Part shown: one piece after another, positions 1 to 6,900 of the stretch
Position numbering within the stretch: position 1 is the first letter of the stretch
Layout of the letters: each line of letters starts with the position of its first letter
IMG/VR virus record: IMGVR_UViG_3300031525_000001
Location: 122,276 to 186,275 of that record
Length of the DNA stretch: 64,000 bases
Origin: a virus
Reading direction: 5' to 3' (one strand)
Translations under genes and position numbers: made by a program
The notes under the pieces: model-generated
Told to the model about the DNA's origin: nothing
The model's input: only the letters and a program-made list of their open reading frames with translations
Databases searched by the model: none

Positions 1-17
1 ATAGGAACTGAAAGTCA
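1..17 (-). promoter_or_regulatory. phage promoter-like motif, divergent copy (TGACTTTCAGTTCCTAT)
   Basis: Reverse complement matches the ACTTTCAGTATT-like motif that recurs upstream of many genes. Confidence 0.45.
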
Positions 18-42
18 GAAAAGCGGTTTGTTTCCCGAAAAT

Positions 43-66
43 CAACTATCGGATGCTACTTCAGAG
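43..66 (+). promoter_or_regulatory. phage promoter-like motif (CAACTATCGGATGCT)
   Basis: Degenerate copy of the recurring motif, just upstream of ATG 76. Confidence 0.4.
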
Positions 67-75
67 GGTAACAAC

Positions 76-393
76 ATGGGCAAGCTTCGTGCGGCGACAA
101 CTTTCGGATTAGGGGCTCAAAAATCCGCTGATTCCAGCGTTTTCACGGTTAATCACTTCATTTCCAGCACCCCCGTACCCCCCGCCCTCAAGCAAAAGAT
201 CGCCAGCATGGGACTTGAACGGATAGCTGGCAATATATATGAATCACCGAGCACTCGGGATTTTTGGAAAGTAAAAGGAAACAGTATCATAAAGCTAGTT
301 GGCGATGAGGTAGACAATGGAGAGTCAATCGCCGCCGCCCCTAAAAACGACCCTATGGGTTTTATGGGTGCTTTTGACGATATCGAGTTCTAA
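76..393 (+). CDS. hypothetical protein, possible virion-associated
   Basis: ATG 76 follows GAGGG; begins MGKLRAA, similar to the K-x-A-A motif; no family recognised. Confidence 0.6.
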   Translation: MGKLRAATTFGLGAQKSADSSVFTVNHFISSTPVPPALKQKIASMGLERIAGNIYESPSTRDFWKVKGNSIIKLVGDEVDNGESIAAAPKNDPMGFMGAFDDIEF

Positions 394-394
394 C

Positions 395-1015
395 ATGCTG
401 ATTTACAAGCTCACAAATCGAATCAACGGTGGGGTCTACATCGGCAAATATGTCGGAGATGAGGCAGACGCTCGTTTTCAACAGCACGTTCGCGAAGCGA
501 GACGGGGTGGGGATCGTTACCTATGCCGCACTATTCGCAAGTACGGCTCGGATGCCTTCAAGGTCGAAGTGATTTATCGTGCCAAGACCGCTGATGAACT
601 CTCCAAGATGGAGACCTTTTTCATCGTTCTCCATCAAAGTCATAAAGTTGAGAACGGCTACAACATGACGCTGGGCGGTGAGGGAACTGTGGGCCGGATT
701 ATTTCGGAAAGAACAAGACAGCTTTGGAGTGAGCAGCGTAAAGGAAGACCTGTCACAGCGCAACAGTTGAAAAACCTAGCTCTTGGGCATCATCGACCGA
801 AAAAAATAGTTGCGGTTAAACCCGCCGAAGAAGTGGAAGCCGCAATGAAAGCAGCGATGCGGGCTGCATGGACTCCCGAACGTAGGGCAGCACAAGCACA
901 GCGGATAGCAAATCGGAATCGTCTTCGTGTTGGAAAACGTGGAGCATTATCTACGGAATGGAAGATGGCGATTTCAAATGCAAAGAAGGGGAAAGCAGCT
1001 TCGGCTGCGGCATAA
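395..1015 (+). CDS. GIY-YIG homing endonuclease with NUMOD3-like C-terminal repeats
   Basis: LIYKLTNRINGGVYIG, conserved R and E, GYNMTLGGEG, then basic helical tail. Start taken at ATG 395, just after the previous stop. Confidence 0.85.
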   Translation: MLIYKLTNRINGGVYIGKYVGDEADARFQQHVREARRGGDRYLCRTIRKYGSDAFKVEVIYRAKTADELSKMETFFIVLHQSHKVENGYNMTLGGEGTVGRIISERTRQLWSEQRKGRPVTAQQLKNLALGHHRPKKIVAVKPAEEVEAAMKAAMRAAWTPERRAAQAQRIANRNRLRVGKRGALSTEWKMAISNAKKGKAASAAA

Positions 1016-1019
1016 ACCT

Positions 1020-2963
1020 ATGGCAGAAGAAAAGAAACCGTACACTAGCATCGTTGACGCATTCTTGGATGACCGCGAGCCCGCATGGAAGGACCTCGGC
1101 TTGAAGGACGCACAGGACTCAGGTGAAGAACAATTGGATCGTTCTCACCAGTACATCGATGATGAGTTCATGGACGACATCGCTGAGAGCGCCAGCAGGC
1201 ACACCCCACTGTGGCCGGGTCGCACTGGTTCAGCCGAGAAGAATGCTCAGCGGGATAGTCTTGAACGGGCTCGCGGTACGCATCTTGAGCGCATGGCTGC
1301 AAAGGACGGCACGGATGTATTCGAAGGTAGCAGTGTAAAAGGCTCAAGCGCCAATTGGCGTGTACAGGCAACCCAGCATCAGGAAGACTACAGTGGGAAG
1401 CTGGGCGACGATGACTCGCTGTTCGCCGAAGTAACGGAAACACTGGAATCGGCAGCCTCCACAGGCAAGGTCGAGAAGAAGAACGTGTCGGACGCACAGG
1501 TTTTGACTTACGTCCACAGCCTGCTCAATCAGGGTATGGCACCGTCAAAGATCGCCGCAAAGCTGAAGAAGCTGGCTGAGATCGAGTTGTTCAACCACCA
1601 GATGGCGACTCAATACCTGCAAGAGAACGCAGGACTGGTAGGCATGGCGTTCCTCGAACCCAACACCTACATGGACAAGAATTCCCCGACTTATGAACGA
1701 GAGAAGCACGGCAGTTCGAGCAACGGCTGCGTAGCGCAGAAGACGGCGTGGGACAAGGCCGGCATTAAGCCCCGAGCGGCATCCGTAAAGCAGATCAGCG
1801 CGTGCGAAGGATGCCAGTATTTCTCGAAGAACGGCAACGTTAAGTCCTGCGGTGTCTATCACTTACCAGTGGTAGCGACCACCAAGGAGCTTACACCCAT
1901 CGTGAATAAGCTCACGGCTGGCGTGCCGAACAAGCAGAAGCGGGCAGCATTGGTTCAGATCGCCAATGGCAACGACGGCACCAAGGTCGGTTCCATGCCC
2001 ATTGCTCCGAAGACAAGCTCCTCCGTTTCCCGTCACCCGAGTCTCGGCGGCGTGGAAGCGCAGGCAAAGCGTGTGGGTCGCGTGATCGCGACTGATTTCG
2101 ATTCTTCGCACATTGCTGCGTTGCATGAGAAGGGTCACTCACTGGCGGTTATCGCTCGTGCGGCTGAAAAGCGGTACGGTGCGTTTGCGGCGGGCAAGGC
2201 GGTACGTGAGTTCGTAGGCAGCTTGCGGCCGAACGTGAACGGACAGATCGTTCTGGCAAAGGCTGATGCGGAGTTCCTCGCAAAGGCCGGTATGCATAAC
2301 CAGAATTTTGTGGCGGGTGCGAAGTGTGCATCCTGTGCCACACACTCGGCAGTGGTACAGAAACACAAGGTGACGGCGAACGCTAACTATGCCTCCCGTG
2401 TTCCACACGCAGGGTTCCACGAGAGCAACCCCGATCAGGTACGTCACGCACACCGTGCGGCTGCACCTGAACTTGATGCCAGCGTCATCGAGCGGTATCA
2501 CAAGAAGGGTCACTCGATGGAGAAGATTTACAAGCAGGCGGCAGCGAAGTTCGGCACCGCTCAGGCAAGCAAGGCAGTGAAAGAGTTCATCGCCAGCCTG
2601 AAGAAGAAGCCGATCAAGGTTGCGCTATCGCAGATCGACTGCACGTTCCTCAAGAACAAGCTTGCCGATCACAACCCAATTATCGGGGCACACAAGTGCG
2701 GCTCTTGCACGTATCGCAAGGGGATGCACTGCGGTCTCACTGGCGGAACTCTCTTGAGCTTCCCCGGTATGGACAAAACGGCGTCCAACCACAAGGTCGG
2801 GGAGGGTGCGCCAGAGGATGGACGTACAATTCTTGCTGAGTTTGACTTGATGCCGAATAGTGGGCGTCCGGGCGACACGAAGATGGCCGACATCGATATG
2901 AATCCTCCCGCACGTCAAGACGTGCAGATAGGTAGCTCGTTTGAGCTAGGAGACATAGAGTAA
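1020..2963 (+). CDS. Cys-rich hypothetical protein with internal duplication, putative structural/head protein
   Basis: Start ATG 1020 (MAEEKKPY). Three CxxC clusters and two similar HxKGHS...KAVxEF repeats. Confidence 0.65.
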   Translation: MAEEKKPYTSIVDAFLDDREPAWKDLGLKDAQDSGEEQLDRSHQYIDDEFMDDIAESASRHTPLWPGRTGSAEKNAQRDSLERARGTHLERMAAKDGTDVFEGSSVKGSSANWRVQATQHQEDYSGKLGDDDSLFAEVTETLESAASTGKVEKKNVSDAQVLTYVHSLLNQGMAPSKIAAKLKKLAEIELFNHQMATQYLQENAGLVGMAFLEPNTYMDKNSPTYEREKHGSSSNGCVAQKTAWDKAGIKPRAASVKQISACEGCQYFSKNGNVKSCGVYHLPVVATTKELTPIVNKLTAGVPNKQKRAALVQIANGNDGTKVGSMPIAPKTSSSVSRHPSLGGVEAQAKRVGRVIATDFDSSHIAALHEKGHSLAVIARAAEKRYGAFAAGKAVREFVGSLRPNVNGQIVLAKADAEFLAKAGMHNQNFVAGAKCASCATHSAVVQKHKVTANANYASRVPHAGFHESNPDQVRHAHRAAAPELDASVIERYHKKGHSMEKIYKQAAAKFGTAQASKAVKEFIASLKKKPIKVALSQIDCTFLKNKLADHNPIIGAHKCGSCTYRKGMHCGLTGGTLLSFPGMDKTASNHKVGEGAPEDGRTILAEFDLMPNSGRPGDTKMADIDMNPPARQDVQIGSSFELGDIE

Positions 2964-3505
2964 TGAGTGAAAACATTGAGCGTGCAGAACTGGTAGTTGA
3001 TTTAGAGGGAAAGTACAACTCGGCGGCAGAAGACAAGAAACCGGGCAAGCGTGTCGAAAGTTCCAAGCTGACGGAGATTCGGACAAAGATTGAAGACCCG
3101 AATGTAAGTCAGGCGGAACTCAGCAAACTCATTGCCCTCGAAATGGCGGCGATTCTGGATGGCATGAACGAGCATCTGGATAAACCGAATTCGGGTATTA
3201 AAGGGATGGACGCTAACATCGCCATCAAGAGTCTCAGCGAGCAACTGAAGGGCGTTCGTGAACTCGGTCGTCAGATCATTGAGATGGACAACCAAGCGAA
3301 GCGTGACTTCATTAACTTCGACGGCGAGAAGTTCCAGTTTGTTGCAAGCCAGTGGATGCAGATGGGCGTTGCAGCCCTCCGTGCCATGGGCTGGGATGAA
3401 CACACGGTTACCAGCTACGTCAAGCAGTTCCGTAGCCAGATCGAAATGAACGAACTCCGCATCCGCAAGGAAGCGGAAAACATCGGCACAAACAAACAGA
3501 AGTAA
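2963..3505 (+). CDS. hypothetical alpha-helical protein
   Basis: TAATG coupling to the upstream gene; charged helical composition; no motif recognised. Confidence 0.65.
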   Translation: MSENIERAELVVDLEGKYNSAAEDKKPGKRVESSKLTEIRTKIEDPNVSQAELSKLIALEMAAILDGMNEHLDKPNSGIKGMDANIAIKSLSEQLKGVRELGRQIIEMDNQAKRDFINFDGEKFQFVASQWMQMGVAALRAMGWDEHTVTSYVKQFRSQIEMNELRIRKEAENIGTNKQK

Positions 3506-3526
3506 CGACGCAACAGAAGGGGAACT

Positions 3527-3985
3527 GTGGGCACCACTGAGCAAGCTAAAGAACGTCGAGATTCCCGCCGAGCCGCTGGATTATGTGGTAAGTGCTCCAA
3601 TCCAGCATTGCTCGGTAAAAGCCTGTGTGAGCTGCATCGGCAGCAAGACCGTAAGATAAACAAACGGTTTAGGGTCAATCAAAAACAGCGTGTGATCGCT
3701 GGCTATGGCGGAAAATGCCAGTGCGAAGGTGGGTGTGATGAATCGAGATTTGAGTTTTTGACGATAGATCATGTCAACAACGACGGTGCGGAACACCGTA
3801 GAAACCTCGGAAGTGGCGCAATCGGACCCATGTTGTATAAGTACATTATCGATAACAATTTTCCCGAGGAGTATAGACTACTCTGCTGGAATTGCAATTG
3901 CGCTAAGGGACACTATGGTGAGTGTCCTCACGTAAATGAAAAGAATGCTGTCGCTGCGATGTCAGTTTCGGCAGGAGGAAAGTAA
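3527..3985 (+). CDS. HNH endonuclease
   Basis: CQCEGGC...LTIDHVNNDG...RLLCWNCN, plus an N-terminal CxxC...C-H zinc motif. Confidence 0.8.
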   Translation: MGTTEQAKERRDSRRAAGLCGKCSNPALLGKSLCELHRQQDRKINKRFRVNQKQRVIAGYGGKCQCEGGCDESRFEFLTIDHVNNDGAEHRRNLGSGAIGPMLYKYIIDNNFPEEYRLLCWNCNCAKGHYGECPHVNEKNAVAAMSVSAGGK

Positions 3986-3986
3986 C

Positions 3987-6900
3987 ATGGCACAAAGTGG
4001 AAACACCGTAGCTCTTAAATCGTTCCAGTCCTTCATGGTCAATGACGGATTGCTGAGCAAAACTGTCGAAGCTATCAAAGCTGGTGAGAAGGAAGCTCGC
4101 TCCACGGGTAATGTGCAGAGTTTCGAAGTTTTCTACAAGGGCTTTCGTCAGAACATTGCCATCGGTCGCATCTACATCGTCCCCCCATCCGTTGCCGACA
4201 AGAAGGGGCAAGACTTCCCGACCGCCCTGCTCTATGGTTGCCTTGTCCGCACCTTTGGTGGTGAGGAAATCGGCGACATGATCTCCCACAAAATCGGTGA
4301 TACCGAATGGGATGAGTATTCTCAGGCGTCCTACGCATCGATCAAGAAAGAACTCTTCGGCACCGAAAACGACAAGTTCGCCGCCCTCATTTTGTTTGCC
4401 CCCAACTGGGTCAATAAGCGTGAGTACATCGGCTTCCAGTTCCCGAAGGATGACAACGAGCTTGCGAACCTGACTCGTCACTTAGTCTTCAGTTCGTACT
4501 TCGACCCCCGTCTGTCCTCGGCATTCGATGCCCTGATGACCGATGTGGAGACCTCGAAGTTCGATGTCACGGACATCACGCCGAAGATGAACTTCCCCGC
4601 CTTGGCCGAGAATCCGCTGAAGGAATTCCCACTGCTCACCAAGGAGGGTTCAAAGAAGAAAGCCCGCCTTGGGCTAACCATCAAGACCGCCGAAGAAGTC
4701 ACCAAGGCCGTACTAGAGCCGCAGGAGATGGACGTGTTCGAATCTTTGGACACGGCTCTCCGCAACAGCCTCTTGCCAAACGATTCCAAGGGCGTTGAGG
4801 ATGCTTCCGAGGGTAAGGCTCCGACAAAGGGTGAAATGGTTCCACGTCTCTCATCCAAGAAGGGTTCCGCCAAGGTTGCTCATGGCTACATCGCGTTCTA
4901 CGGCGGCAAGCGCATTGAGATTCAAGCCGACTCCCTCTATGGGGCGAAGTTGAAAGCCATCGAGATGCTGAAGGTTCCGAAGTCCAAACAGGGCTTGCTC
5001 GCGGTCGAGCTTGCCGAAAAGGACGGAGAACAGGTCACCACAACAATCACGTCGTCCGCCACTGCGGTATTCGAGACCCCGATTACAAACGTTGGTCCGG
5101 GTACTGAAGCCCATGACGAAGCCAACCAGCGCACCGAAGGCTACAAGGATGAGAAGGACACGCCAAAGGTTGTCATCAACAGCGCACCGATTGGTATCGC
5201 TCTCGACGAGACTGGTGTACCCCGCCGTCCAGAGGAAGAGCGTAAGTCCGCCGCAAGCAGTTACTACCCTGCTTCCGCTGGTAAGGCTCAAACTGAAAAC
5301 GCTGCGGTCGTGGAGAAACACGGTTATACCCAATTTAATTCCAAGCCAGACGGAACTTCCTTTTGGAAGAGTCCTATCGGAACTACCGCTGTTCTATACC
5401 CAAACGGAAGCTGGATGCACACAGGCGGTAAGGGAGATGGGGCAAAGGCCCTTAGCGAGCTTCTCATAAGCTACCACCACGAGAGAGTGCCAAAGGTCAG
5501 CAAGTCAGCAGCGTATGGCGACCGTCGCGATTTTCGGAAGATCGATATCTTCGTTAGCGGCAAGTATGTCGCAAGCACGACATGGGCTAGTTCCATAAAG
5601 GAAGCAATCCAAAAATACGAGGAAAAGAACCCGGGCTCGTGGGCTGGTGAAGTTAAGGCTCAATTTGATAAGAAAGGCTCGGCTGATAAAACTGCCGTAG
5701 ACTACAGCGGCAATTACCCCGAGGCAATCGGCGGTGGTTGGAATAAAGCGACGGCAGATGATCTGTCGAGCGGCTATTCCAAGCAGGTCGGCAACGGTTT
5801 GATGGATGAGACCCCCGACAAAGTAAAGGAACATTTGAAGAAAAATGTCAGTCAAGCCCGTCAGGGTCAGGATGCCCTGAAGGATCACAATGCATCATTT
5901 GACGCCGCCAAGTGGGGCGGACTGGGTGTGAAGCAGGCTTCCTCCCTGTGGGTAGGTTCCGCCAAGAAGGTTGCAGCCAATCTCGATGACTTCACTAGCC
6001 AGTACATTATAACCGCTCTATGGTCTTCGAATGATGAATCTGACCCCAGCGGCGGTGAGCCGTTGGATTCAAACTACGATATCCTCGATCTCGCACCGTC
6101 CTGCTTGCAGGCAATGACCGAAGATTGCGCGGGCTTCCAAGCGGAGAATCAAGAGCTTCTGGCTGCGGCATCCGAACAAGATGGTCAGGACGCCGAGCGT
6201 CAAGGTCATGATTTCTGGCTCACCCGCTGCGGTCATGGTGCGGGCTACTGGGATGGCGATTATCCGACAACGGGCGATGGTTTGACTGAAGCCGCCAAGA
6301 AATGGGGTAGCGTTGATCTGTACGTCGGTGACGACGACATGATCTATCAGATGGGGGCAGAAGACCCGAGTTCGCGTGGTTACGGACAGAAGGGCGGGCC
6401 TGCAAAGGCTGGCTCGAAGATGGCTTCCAAGAAGACCGCCTCGCAAAATGATGCATCATACATCGCCAGCTTGATCGGCGGCGGGGTGCATAGTGAAGAT
6501 TATGACGCTCGTTCGCAGCACTCCAGAACGGCGGCACAGAAGCGCGAAGACGAGATGGCTCGCAAGTATTCCTCTCAGCGTAAAAAGTTTGCCGACGTTC
6601 CTCAGGACATCGAAGACATTTGGTCTGAGACGATGGAAGACATGGGGCCAGCACCCGAGATCAGACTCCCGGGCGAGAGTGAGGACAACGAAAAGTCCAC
6701 CACAGGGGAGCACGAGATCGAGGCTCCAGAGATGGGCGCGGATTCGAGAAGCGACGTTCCTGAGCAGGTCAAGGGCGATCAGGAAGAGCCGACCGTAAAG
6801 GTTGAAGAGGCTCTTGAGAACGACACCACCAAGTCCGAAGAGGACGAGCCCAGCACGGGCGATGGTGGAGCGTCGGCGGACAGCGGTGAAACAAAGTCCG

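Noticed and set aside
927-1019. ORF-track N-terminal extensions (e.g. 927, 317, 3936, 19157, 30669, 32127, 54775)
   Set aside because: They overlap upstream genes or RNAs and lack RBSs; downstream starts with SD or coupling were used instead.
2963-3505. Terminase small subunit
   Set aside because: Size and helicity fit, but no HTH or family motif was recognised and it is 11 kb from terL; left as hypothetical.
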